DNA of 64,000 nucleotides, from the NCBI GenBank assembly GCA_026914245.1, contig CP110439.1, forward strand, positions 4,898,001 through 4,962,000, read 5' to 3'. Source of the stretch: Puccinia triticina. Its lineage: Eukaryota. Numbering within the stretch: the stretch's first letter is position 1; each line of letters starts with the position of its first letter. The position numbers and the translations under genes were made by a program. Shown here in pieces: positions 12,504 to 24,623 of the stretch. Below the pieces are notes generated by a model. It was not told the DNA's origin. It searched no databases and worked only from the letters and a program-made list of their open reading frames with translations.

Positions 12504-15044
12504 ATGAGTTTACCGTTCAGTGCACCAGATTTGGAAAACGGATTTGCTCCTCCCTCGACCCCTTTTAGGAACAGACCTGCGGCTGGAACTTCAGCCTTGA
12601 ATTGGAATACAGATACGACGAATCCACCTGCACCACCCAGAAAAGACAAAGGAAAGGGAATCGACCTTCAACTCAGAGACCAATATGAAGATGAATTGTC
12701 AGATTCAGACAAAACTCCTCAAAACAATATCTTACCGCAACGTAACAATACTCCACGTCAACCTATATCCGGATACGGAATCCACAACACGGAAAATATT
12801 CAAGAACCTATGTATCAACCTCAATTTCAACAACGACAACAGCCGATTCCACCCCCACCGGTTCAACAACCACCTATTCAGCATCCACAAGCTTTTTATC
12901 CGCAGTACTACCAACCACCAGCGGTCCAACAAGTCAAACCGGTCATTATTAAGGAACCTGGTCTCTTCTATGATGGCAACTAATTCATGAAGTTCTTAAA
13001 ACGTTTCGAAAGAACGGCCAACGCCTTCCAAGCAACGGATTACGATAAGGCGCTTCAGATTGGACAATTTGTGCGGACGGAGGAACTCAAGAGCGAACTT
13101 GAGGAGATGGACGGATACGACGACTGCTACTGGAAAAGATTACGAAAATAAATGGTCAAAACGTGGGGGGACTTAGATAACACTATTATGTACACCACGG
13201 ACGACCTAATCAAATTGGCTAAACAACAAGTCAAGAGCAGGATTACAAACTATCAAGACTATAAATCTTACCTTGGAAAATTTACCTCAATCCTCAAGTA
13301 TCTTGTCAAGAATGATCATATTAGCAAGGAGGAGGACGCGGCCCTGTTATTCTTGAGTGCCTTTTCGAACGAAAGTCAAAGAAGCATTAAACGAACCCTA
13401 GTCAACAAAGGGCAACTCCCAAAAGCCAAGGACGGAAGCAACAAGGCACCCAAATGGGAAGACCTTGTAGCAGCGGCAGAAACTGAAATCCGCATTGACA
13501 AAGGCTATGTTAACTTCTCAAGCTTTTCCGAATCAAACCAAATAATGCAGAAGTCTCTGGACGCAAAGAAAGGTGATAGTCAACGATGAGATCGAATGGT
13601 TGCAGAAGCTCCCACTGCAAAGGTGGTAGACAACAAAATGGATGAAGTTATGCAAGAGCTTGCTACACTTAAACAACAACTAAAGAGTGTATTACCAGTC
13701 TTGTATAATCGATCTGGACCTTCTGACAAACCTGAATTCGCTCGTGGAAACACTCGACCAGCAACACCGTTATACGAGAGCAAGACTTGCTTTTATTGCC
13801 TTCGGGATGGACATCTGACCTACAAATGCCCAGATTTAGCCAAGGACGAAAGTCAGGGTTTAGTTGCTCGCAGGGGGAAGGACTATTACCTGCCAAACGG
13901 GCAACAGATACCTTGGGTATCCTCCCGACCTATACGATCAGTAGTTGCAACAGCTTCGGCAGATCCCCAAATGCAAGATGCGATAAAGAATTTGGTGGAA
14001 TCCAGACAAACTGGAAACACCGCAGCAGGAAGTACTCCAGTAATGCAAAGCTCCGCATAGACCATTGACTGGCAACCACCACAAATTGGGGCTGAGAACT
14101 ATTTGAAGACTCACGCAATTACTCAATCGGAAGCCCAGAAGGGTCGTCGTAACGTCAGGATTCAGGAACCAGACAAAGATGATATGGAAGTTGATCAGGA
14201 AGACGAGATAGCCGACCTCACTCAAAATGAAACTCCTAGAAGAGCGCCAGAGAAAGTTTGGAGTCGAGCCCACACTCCACCTGTTATCAAGAAGGATTCA
14301 CCAGAAGACGCCCTGCTACAAGACTTACATCATGTGAAAATCCCAACAACATTTGCTCAACTCACCGCAATTTCACCGTCTTACACGGAGCAGGTCATTG
14401 CTAGACTACAGGGACGCCTCCAAGGCAAGAAAAACACAACTTACATGGCTGCGGAAACTACCAAGGTTGCCGCGGCAATGGCCAATTCTCCGCAAGAAGA
14501 AGATCCATCAGACCCTTGTTACTATAGCTGCGCTTTAGGATACGTAACAGCCGAAATTGGCGGAGCTAAGGTTGACTTTATGGTTGATTCCAGATCCATG
14601 GTTAATGTCATGCCTCAAACTGTAGCAGATGACTTGGACCTGGAAATAGTATCAGTTGACATACCTATGAAAGGAGTCAGCGGAGCTAGGTGTGATATAA
14701 CCGGTGTAGCCGAAAACTGTCCAGTAGGAATTGGTCGATTTTCCGGACCAGCCCATCTTTTTGTTTCGCCAAAAGCACAGGACTGTATTCTAGGACGACC
14801 TTTTCTTTTTGACTACAACTGCACTTTGGAGTACCACGAAACCGGTGAAACACTCTCTTTCCAAGGAACCAAAGGCAGGAGAATATCTGTACCTTTAGCT
14901 AGGATTGGTCACGGAAGAGGCTGGGATAACAGGAAGGACCTTAGTGCCAATGTAATAAGGCCATTTACTGGATCGACTCCTAACCAGGCGAATAATGAAG
15001 AACATTGAATGTTTACAAAGAAATCTATTCAGCATTTTTTATGA
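12504..15044 (+). pseudogene. gag: Gypsy gag-protease with several in-frame stops (about 12981, 13149, 13587, 14058, 15006)
   Basis: Consecutive ORFs share one frame. Zinc knuckle CFYCLRDGHLTYKC; aspartic protease FMVDSRS (DSGS variant) ...ILGRPFL. Confidence 0.9.
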
Positions 15045-18000
15045 ACACCGGTGTTCACTTAGGGAATAACTCACTGAAGCTAGTCGAGCGGGTTATATCT
15101 CGAACGCCGGGTTTCCTAGGCTGGCTCAAAACATTTTTTCTTGACTTATTCAAAAAACTACCAAAACAAACTAAAAAATATTTCTTTAAATTGATGCTAT
15201 TAAAAAAGAACATATTGATTATTTTCCTTCTACTATTAAAAATCTGTAAAACAAGTGCGACTCGACTTACCAATACGAAAACGATAAAACACAATACAAA
15301 ATTTCAAACTTCCAAGATCTCTGGTCCAATTTCATCTATCAATACTGTACAATTATCTCCACCAACAAAGCCAATTAGCTACCAAGAGATGGGACGACTA
15401 TTTGCAAAGGGCCTAGGATTAACTGTTCAAACCAAATTATGCCAGAGCTGGAAAGACGGAAGCCTATGGTGCATGACCAAGTACAAACCTGTTGCAAAGA
15501 AAATCCGGCCCATCAACCAACCCATTCCTCAAATGCTAAATCCACCACTTCAACGACCACCACTCTCACGAGATCCGTACAAGACACCACTCACACCAAA
15601 TCCACCAGAATTCAAACCCACCGCCAGGATTACAGAGGATCACCTGAAGGTAGTCAACTTTGGACCAGAAGGATGGCTTTGGGAAGAAGAATTAAAGCTC
15701 TTCAAGCACTTAATTGTAATTCGGGAAAAGGCAATAGCATTCACCCCGGAGGAGAGAGGACTCTTGAAGCATTCCTATGGTCTACCGTATATTATACCAG
15801 TGGTGGATCACCAACCTTGGCAGAAAAAACCAATCCCAATACCTGCGGCCATTAAAGATGAATACGTGGAGCAAGTACGGGAACGTTTACAAAACAAGCT
15901 TTATGAACAATCAACATCCAGCTATTCCAGCCCAGTTTTCTGTGTCCTCAAGCATGACGGAAAGATAAGAATTGTTCATGACTTACAAGAAATGAACAAG
16001 GTCACCATCAAGGATGCTGGGCTGCCTCCTGCGACAGAAGAATTTGTGGAATCCTTTGCAGGGCGCGCCTGTTACGGACTAGGCAACATCATGGGCGGCT
16101 ACGACGAACGAGAATTGGCCCCAGAGTCAAGACCCTTAACCACCTTTGATACCCCACTAGGAAGATTCCAACTTACAAGGCTTCCCCAAGGAGCAACAAA
16201 TTCTGTGGCGGTTTACCAAGCTCAAATGATGTGGATCCTCCAGGACGAGATACCGGAACACGTAGGCGTATTTATTGACGATGGCGGTATAAAAGGACCT
16301 GTTTCAACATACAATGACAAGGCACTAGAAGAAAATCCGGGAATTCAGCGGTTTATTTGGGAATACACTCAAACTCTTGAAAGAGTTTTATTTCGGATTG
16401 AAGAAGCAGGACTTACCATCTCAGGAAAGAAGTTTGCGTGTTGTGTACCTGCTTTGGACATTGTTGGACACGTGGTCTGCAGAGAAGGAAGGCGTGTTTC
16501 ATCCCAGAAGAAAAACAAAATCTCAACCTGGCCTACTCCAAATAATGTCACAGAACTCCGAGGCTTCATGGGAATAGTAACCTATGTCAGAATTTTTATT
16601 AAAAATCTGTCAGAGATTGCTGCACCTCTCAGGAAACTCACGCGAAAAGATGTCGAATGGGCCTGGGACAAGGACTGTGATCAAGCTTTCAACAGTCTCA
16701 AAAAGATCATTGGAGAAGACATCACCTTGAAAAGCCTTGACTATTCTGAAGACGCCGGACTTATTATCTTAGCCGTGGATTCCAGCTTCATTGCGGCAGG
16801 AGGAGTACTTTCTCAGCAAGAAATGGAGACAGGACTTATTCGACCAGTGCTTTACGAGTCAGTTGTCTTCTCACCGGTGGAATCAAAATATTCCCAGCCA
16901 AAGTTAGAGCTCTGTGGCGTAGCCAGGATCCTCAAGAAATTACAGACACTTCTTTGGGGTCAACACTTTGAGTTACAAGTGGATGCTCAATCCCTAATCC
17001 AAACAATCAACTCTCCTTCGCTTCCCAATGCACCTATGACCAGATGGGTGGCTTTCATTCAGCTATTCTCATTTGATATGGTACATAAGCCAGGAAAGAC
17101 ATTTACTTTACCTGATGCCTTGTCAAGACGGCCAATAAGCGATGACGAGGACGAGTTTTATAACGATTCAGACGACTTTGATGAAGAGAAACCACTGATT
17201 AAAGTCTGCTCCCAATTTAGAACATTCTCAATGTCCACAAGTATTCTGGAATGGGAATCACCTGGATTTTGGAAAGATCTCAAGGACTAGTTACAAACCC
17301 TGCGTAAACCACAAGGATTGGATCCTGAAGAATTTCAGAAACTCAAACAAAAATCAGCAAATTATTTCATTCAGGATGGACGACTGATGCGCCGGCACTC
17401 TCCAATGGCGCAACTAGTAATCTCTAACATCTCGTACCAAAGTAAACTCTTACGGAAGGTTCACAAGGAACTCGGTCATCGAGGACTTGAAGAAACATAC
17501 CAACGCCTAGTCTGCCGATTTTGGTGGCCAAGTCTGAAGAAAAAGGTTCGCTTATGGGTACAAAGCTGTGAATCATGTCAAAAAAGGGACCCACTAGTAC
17601 CTAGGGAAATTCAAAACCCAACAGGCGAAAACACTTTATTTGGACGAGTAGCGTTGGACGTCTGTCACATCAAGGCTGGGAGATATAAATATTTACTTGT
17701 GGCTCAAGATGACTTATCAGGATGGGTAGAGGCAGCTCCTTTGGTCAAACTCACAGCGGCAACAATTGGAAAATTTCTCTTGGAAGAATGGGTTTATTGG
17801 TACGGGGTAATCAAGACGGTTACGGCAGACAATGGACCCGAATTCAAAAATGAATTTATCAAAGCTGTGGAAAAGATTGGTGCAACTTTCAAACCACCTA
17901 CACCTTATTACCCAGAGGCCAACGGCATGATAGAGAGAGGACACAGGCCAATTAAAGACACATTAATCAAGATGTGCGGTGAGTCTGGAGGAAAATGGAG

Positions 18001-18670
18001 AGAATATCTACCTCTAGTGCTTTTTTCAGACAGGATTTCGACAAAACGTACAACAGGTTACTCACCATTTGAACTGGTTTTTGGACAAAAGGCGGTGCTA
18101 CCTGTGGATCTAGAAATGGACACCCATCTAGGAATTGATTGGATGGAAATCAAAACTACAGAACAGCTCTTAGAAGCGCAAACAAAGCAATTGGAAAGGA
18201 GGGATGAAATTCTGGAAATAGCTCATGGGAAACTAATGAAAGCTAGAGAATCTTCTGTTTGGTACTGGGACCAAAAAATGGCGGCAAGACTCCGAAACGC
18301 TCTTGAACCTGGCGAACTAGTTTTAATTTACAATAAAAGCTTGGAGGACCAATGGGGAAAGCTTTTTCTTAATTGATGGAATGGTCCTTTTAGAATCACT
18401 AAACAATTACCAAAGGGGTCTTATATCTTGGAGGAATTGGATGGGGTGGAACTTAAAAGGGCTTACGCAGCTTCTCATATCAAACGCTTTTACCCACGTG
18501 GACGTAAACTTGAAGAGATTCAACAAGATGAGGATCCAGATCAACCTGATTCTTCAGAAGAGGAGGACGGCAAAGGTGAAAACTCGCATGAAGATTCTGA
18601 TGATGAGCTAGACAACAATCTGAATTCAAGCCCATCTCCAAGTTGGGGGAGAAAACAACAATCTATTTGA
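15035..18670 (+). pseudogene. pol: Gypsy pol (RT, RNase H, integrase) with stops at 17288 and 18374
   Basis: RT IRIVHDLQEMN/RLPQG/FIDD; RNase H AVDSS/ELCG/PDALSR; integrase GHRG..CESC, LDVCH, ADNGPEF, ANGMIER. Confidence 0.95.
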
Positions 18671-18854
18671 GAACATTTGGGCATTCTCCACGGCAAAAGT
18701 ATTATGTTTACATTCAAAAAAAAAAAAAAAAAAAAAAAAATATAAAAAAAAAAAAACCCCTCTTTGGATTATCCTTGAACAACACATTTTCTTTATTTTG
18801 AAGTCATAGAGAACACTAAAACTCACTTCTCACACAAGGTTGAGGTCAACCTGT

Positions 18855-20346
18855 TTAAGTTGGGGGAGGGGTGTTCGTCATAGGCGACTAAAAGAAAAAG
18901 CAAAACAAAAATAATTAGTATAAAAATAATAAAAATAGAAGAAAGACAGAAACTCACTTTTGGTCAATTGGCTTGACGAACAAGATGGTCAGTGGTCAGA
19001 TATTGATGGGCCCAGGCCTGAAAAAGGTCAATGCTTTCCACGTGGTCGAATCCATTTGGAGAAGGGTTGCAGTTAGAAAATGCAACAAAGTCCTCAACCA
19101 TTCCGACATAGAAATGGAAAAGGACAGCTGGTTCAACAGTGGCGGGAGTCGTTGGGACAATACCGTGTTGGCGAGTAAAAAGCGCTTTGATTTGGTGAGG
19201 GCGAAGGAAGGGAAATTCGGTTATACCATAATCACCACGAACAGACGGCGAAGGGATGCGCGGAAAGCTCTCTTTAGGACCATTATTGTGATTGGAAAGT
19301 TCATCGACCTCAGGATTGGGCTGGATAGGATTGTTCTCTGGGGCAGTCTGCTCATCCACCTCCATAGGCAGTTGGGACTCGGGTTGCAATGGGCGGCCAC
19401 GAGGACGAGTTGTCCAGGCGGGTAATGGCATCCAGGAGTCATCAAGAGCAACCCAGTTGGATGATACGGCCTAAATACACATGTGCAAATTCAACCAAGC
19501 ATCAGTACAGCTCTTCGCTGAGAAAAGAATCAGAAGAGTAACTTACCGGCACTGGGGAACTTTCCGGGGCTCTCGGATGAAAAACCGGAGAGTCGGGGTT
19601 AGGCAAGTGATCTGGGGTTCGGGGGCAGTAGATGGGCGACCCAGCAATAGGATCAATACCCTCAGACGGGCCAGAAGTCGGATAAGGAGTTGGAGTTCTG
19701 AATCAAGGGTGAAGCCCAACCAAACTCGGAGGAATCGCTGGGGCTGCAACCTCAGCTGCAGAAGACGTCGAGCCAAGCAGAGTTTGGTCAATCGGCGGGG
19801 CCAGTTCACTGTTATTAGAACCCAAGAACTATACAAGACAAGGTGAGCTGGCAGGATGGCAAAGAAGACAAGGAAAGACCTTACCGTCTCTAAAGTTTGG
19901 ATCGTTGCATCACCAACGATGAATGGTCGAAGAGCCACCGGGGACTCAAGGCAGATGTCAGACATCATCAGCGAGTTTGAGAGATATTCACGCTGGTCCT
20001 GGGTCCAGTTCAAGTGATCACATGACGAATGGGTTGGCGGCTCAGCAGGCGCATCATTACGAGGCGTCTAGGAAATACAACGATCAGTTTCCTTTAAATG
20101 ATAAACATCCGCAATACAGAAAACAAAACATACCTCGGGGAAAGGCTGCCCAAGAGGGTGGTGGTTTAAGAGGTTTCGATCAAAACCCATCACATCAAGG
20201 ACCGAGGAATTGGTCTATAAAGCAGCAAGACCATTAGGAGGTATTGAATCTGGGCTACAGAGAAAGGAACGTACCTGTTTTGCAACAGAACTCACACGAG
20301 GGCGTAAATGATAGGGATGCGAAGGTTGGCTAGAGGAGGAAGTCAT
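18855..20346 (-). pseudogene. Antisense six-exon gene inside the gypsy element, about 387 codons, Pro/Ser-rich, unknown function, two in-frame TGA stops
   Basis: Exons 20346-20275, 20214-20134, 20067-19885, 19828-19547, 19470-18958 and 18887-18855. Five GT-AG introns of 56-76 nt, all phase 0. Stops at 19703-19705 and 18964-18966. Confidence 0.8.
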
Positions 20347-21917
20347 AACAGGGTCGATGGGGATTGAAGGAACTAATGCAAAAGGGTGGCTGGACGCTGA
20401 GGAGATGATGGGGAGGAAACCTGAATCGATGGAGAGAAGGCTTGTTTTATACCCTTCAGAGAAGCTATCAGCTTTGCCCGTATGGCCGGACATCACCAGG
20501 AATCAGGATGTGAGTAGACGACTTACCTGGCTGCCCGGCGACAACAAAGGCTTGAGGGCCCTGCCTCATTATTCGGACCCTTTGATCACGGCTCGGCGGG
20601 CTATGGCCGAGGTAATATAGCCAAACGCACCCGCCATGAAGCCGCGCATGACCCGGACGGCCCAACCTGAGCATGACGAACTGAGTAAAGGATGAAAGGG
20701 CTTCAGCTGGAAGACAATGCAGCTGAAACAATATAAAACTTAATATAAACAAACAACATTACATACCTTATGGGCTCAGCTTTGGCTGTTCAGAAGAACG
20801 AAGCGGGGATCGAATTCCTGCAGCTCAAGGCCGCAGAAGCAAACTTGAGTTCAATCCTGAAGGCTGGTGATGGCGGCTCGAGGCGGCGAAGTCGGTGGAT
20901 TGGCTCTTAGGCACTGCGGGCGCCTCAAAGGAATCCACCCCCTGGAGATGGTAGAGGTGGTCCGTTAAGTCGTCTATGTAGTTAGGATCGAGGTGTTGGT
21001 CGAGGTCGTTTGGATCGAGAAGTCAGCGGAAGGTTGCAAGGTTTGGTCTCCTGCAGCTCAAGGCCGCAGCAGCCAGCTCGAATTCGATCCTGTGGCTAGC
21101 GGTGGTGGAGGCGAAGAAGAAGCGTGGTCAATGAAGCTTTGAGTATTCTCTCTGAATCTGGGAACCCCACTGCGAAGAGGGTTGCAACAGACCCTGAGAG
21201 AATACTCTCAGCTATGTGTTGGAAGGATCACCTACTATGTACACATTGGTTATGGTCCGAGCCAAACACGATTGGCCGGCATCGCAGACAGGGGGATCAG
21301 AGAGACTGGTCGGGTAGCGCGCGCCCCCAATCAATACTCGAAACCAGGAGGTACAGGCATGTCACACGCACAAGCGCAGCGCAGCGCTCAGCGCGAGAAA
21401 ACTTCTGACCCCAAACTCGGACAAGTCACACGGGTATTGGAACCCCGATCACTACTTGGCAACAGAACGGGCGGTCCCAATCAACGCAGAGCACCTGGGC
21501 CCAGGGCCCGTTTCCTTGGATCATGAGGAACAGAGTACGGGTCCCCGATCAATACTCGTTGACCCAGGCTCGCGGCTTCAAGCGCGCGCACTCTGGAGTT
21601 CTAGCGCGGCGACTACAGCGGCAACGCGAAGTCACATGCTGCGGAACTGCGCAGCTGCGCAGCTGCGCAGCTGCGGACTGCGTGCAGCTCCTCGACTCCC
21701 AGAGATGAAAAATTTTCTGGCTCACAAATCAATTCAAAAATCATGAAATCCAATTTTTGCGCAAAACTTCACTCCATGATACCCCAGCAATGAAACAGCC
21801 AATATTGAAGAATTCTGGAATGACAGCTGTGCAACTCAACTTTCAAGCTTTCAAACTCAAAATGCGGCACTTTTTCACGGCAAATTGTCTGGGGACAGAC
21901 AATAAGTTGGGGGAGGA

Positions 21918-22719
21918 TGTGGTATACAAAATGGGAAAAATCAAAAGTTTTCTCTCACTAGTATATTTCACCCATAGAAGGCCTCAAGATACAACCAAAC
22001 AGGCCCCTTAATCAGATTCTACAGCCAAATTAACCCCTAGTCACCGCTGAAAGCGTAACTGGAGCTCCACTGCACTGGAAGTTAGACCCTCCGGAACACC
22101 TGTAGCACCCTGTCATTCCCCAATATACACATACATTTCCCTACTCCATGGTATCTCCACTGCATATATTAGTTTGCCTTTGTTTGCTATCTGCATTACA
22201 TCATTCAGCACTGCCCCTGTAGTCTGTGCCATTGTTCTCCGCAGTCTAGAACTTTCACCTCCACTTTTGTTTGGTTTTGTTGCATCACATGCCATTGTTC
22301 CCTGCATCATGCATGCACTCCTTGCATAAATTGTACACAGCCCAAGCCAGCAAAAATCCCTCACTGGGGCTGCCCTGGAGCTAAAATCCCTCACATTTGT
22401 CTATATAAGGAGCTCTCTCCCCCCCCCCCAATTTGGTTCCTCAGTTTATTACTGATCAGTGATTCACTCACCACCTTGTACTCTCAACACTTACAACTTA
22501 CAACTATACTCATAACAACCCTTATATATCAATAACAACTCTTTATACGGTGTCTTGAACAAACTCATCTTGAGCATCCACTCCTATCACCTAATTAAAA
22601 CTTGCCAAGCTGAGCTTGGTGAGTCTTGTAGCTGGTAGTATAGAATGGCAGAGCTTGCAACTCCTTCATCCCCTTCTCCATTCAGCAAAAGGGTTTCAAA
22701 ACCACTTTTGAGTCTTACA
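21918..22719 (+). repeat. Gypsy 3' LTR
   Basis: Direct repeat of 11109-11909. Confidence 0.97.
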
Positions 22720-23324
22720 GTGGAGGCACTATGAATAGCGCGGAGCTTGGCGGAGGCACTATGAATAGTGCATGAAATATGTCATTGGGCCGCAGTGGTT
22801 ACACCCTATTTTGTTGTGCGCAACTGTTCCCGCCAAAAAAATTGCATTCAACATGGTGCACGCCACTATTTGACTAGATGAACGCCAAAAAAGTGGCGTG
22901 CAAAGCCTGTACGCCAAAAAAAATGGCATGGAGGGTTTGTGCACGCCAAAATTCTTCCAAAAAGGAGTATTTTTGGCGTGCAGGGCTACGCACGCCAAAC
23001 AGATGGCGTGCACTGCTCCCATACGCCATTTATTTTGGCGTGCAGGCGTGCACGCCACTTTTTTGGCGTGCATCTAGTCAAAAAGTGGTGTGCATTTAGA
23101 TTGACCCTTATTTTAATCTATTTTCTTCAGTTATACCCCGGAATTGTAGCGGATAATGTACCCTCTCAGAGCCACTGAAGTGGCACAGTACTTGCTGCAT
23201 CCCTCTCTTGCAAGGGTCTTTCTTACTTTAGTGCAGAAAAGAAAAGTGGGTTTTGCACAATCTGTGTTGATGTTACATTTCAGATGAATGTGTCTGTTCT
23301 CTGGGGTTGCTTCCAGAGCCTCCT

Positions 23325-23420
23325 TGTTATAGTCAGATCTGTGGAGAGGAAGATGGTTCTGGGTCCTGGATGGTAGATTGCAGGATGAGGAAGGAGCTTG
23401 GATCTCCAGCCTCTCAAACC
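23325..23420. repeat. Dispersed repeat fragment with an inverted copy at about 61218-61320
   Basis: GGTAGATTGCAGGATGAGGAAGGAGCTTGGATCTCCAGCCTCTCAAACC matches the reverse complement of GGTTTGAAAGGCTGGAGATCCAAGCTCCTTCCCCATCCTGCAATCTACC. Confidence 0.75.
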
Positions 23421-23439
23421 TTGAGAGTGCAGTCCGTGA

Positions 23440-24156
23440 TAGAGATGGCCACGGGTACCCACCTGGCGGGTGCAGGTATTCATTTTTGCTAGAAAAAGGT
23501 TGGGTATCTTCCTTTCTGACTGAGACAATCAAGAGGATTAAGCCTCTCAATGGCCAGAACAGTCGCGGTCATTGAGAAAACACACCTCTTGAAGACTGGA
23601 ATGGTCCCGACTCCTGGTCATTGAGAAAACACAAACACACCTCTTGGTGACCGGAGCACACCCAGTCATTGAGGTGATTAAGTAATGCTCTTGATGAACA
23701 GGATGGACCCGGTCATTGATCATTGAGAGGAGTGTTTACTCTTCTCTCAATGGCCTGGGGGGAGTAAACACTCTTCTCAATGAACAGAGCCTGGTCATCA
23801 AGATTGTTCTTCCTCTTGATGGCTGGATCTTTTCCGTCCATCAAGGGAAGTGCTCCTCTCAATTACCGGAGCAAACCATTCATCACTCCTCTTGTTTAAA
23901 AGTTTGCTCCGTTCATTGAGGGAGTGTTTCTCCTCCCTCTGACCAGAGCAGACCCAGTCATCAAGAGGATTACTTAATCCCCTCAATGACCGAGTCTGCT
24001 CCAGTCACTAAGTCTAGAGGTGTGTTTCCCCTCTCAATTACTGGGTTTGTTCTGGTTTGCCTCTTGCATCCAAGTACTTGCCACTTGCACCCAGGTGCTA
24101 GTGTCTGATTTTAGTGAAATTCTGTCCAGGTACCCAGTTGCAAAGTGCCATCTGTA
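23440..24156. mobile_element. hAT-type MITE
   Basis: TIRs TAGAGATGGC / GCCATCTGTA; 8-bp TSD GTCCGTGA (23432-23439) and GTCTGTGA (24157-24164); internal inverted subrepeats. Confidence 0.8.
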
Positions 24157-24623
24157 GTCTGTGACATGTACGTGTAAGCTTTGTATGTACGTATGGGAGC
24201 CTGTGCTGCGGAGCCCCCACTACGGCTCATAATACTCCTTTCTAGTGTGAGCAATTTGTGGTCCCAGAAGCTAGCAATCTCTGGTGGATGGGGGGAGGGG
24301 TGCTAGACCAACCTACACCAAGCAGAAGCCTAGTGCTAGCAACGGTGTAAGCGCTGCACAGCACTGAAAAAATCGCGGATGTAGCACGGCGCAGCGCGAC
24401 CCCACTACAGGGAAATCATAAATAGCGCTAGCGGTAGCGCATCCCGCTATTGCTAGCACTTGAAATTTCCTCCTAGATCTCCGAAGTGCAAGCACAGCCC
24501 TATTGCTAAAAAACTGCATGGTAAAAGCGCAAGCCCACTCTATCACTGCTAGCAGGGCGCTTCACGCTATCTCTGCGCTGTTTATCCCACAGTGCCACAC
24601 TAGCAGCGCGCTTCACACTATCT

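Larger units (their letters stand above)
11109..22719 (+). mobile_element. Full-length Ty3/gypsy LTR retrotransposon with a 3.2-kb extra region after integrase
   Basis: LTRs at 11109-11909 and 21918-22719 (TG..CA; about 4 substitutions and 1 indel seen). PPT AAGTTGGGGGAGGA at 21904-21917. 4-bp TSD GCGG/GTGG. Order is gag, PR, RT, RNase H, IN. Confidence 0.97.
10090..23107. mobile_element. Foldback MITE, probably PIF/Harbinger-type, left end deleted, interrupted by the gypsy element
   Basis: 10090-10266 is the reverse complement of about 22783-22980. The right end reads ...TTAGATTGACCC|TTA (GGG terminus with TTA target). The matching outer left end is absent. Confidence 0.7.
2609..23176 (+). 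pseudogene. Multi-exon gene of unknown function split by TE insertions in its introns; exons about 2609-3263, 3354-3614, 3691-3849, 9746-9955, 10035-10087, 23131-23176
   Basis: Canonical GTGAGT/GTAAGT donors and AG acceptors join in consistent phase. The product is low-complexity and rich in S/P/N/H. Exon 4 has an in-frame TAA near 9760, and the donor after exon 6 is damaged (GAAGT). Confidence 0.55.

Noticed and set aside
15100..15260. Hydrophobic stretch at the start of pol as an env-like or membrane protein
   Set aside because: It is an AT-rich linker in frame with RT, with no separate ORF or other envelope features.
23178..24086. AAGTGGCA(C)AGTACTTG inverted pair as TIRs
   Set aside because: No TSD, and the right copy lies inside the better-supported hAT MITE at 23440-24156.
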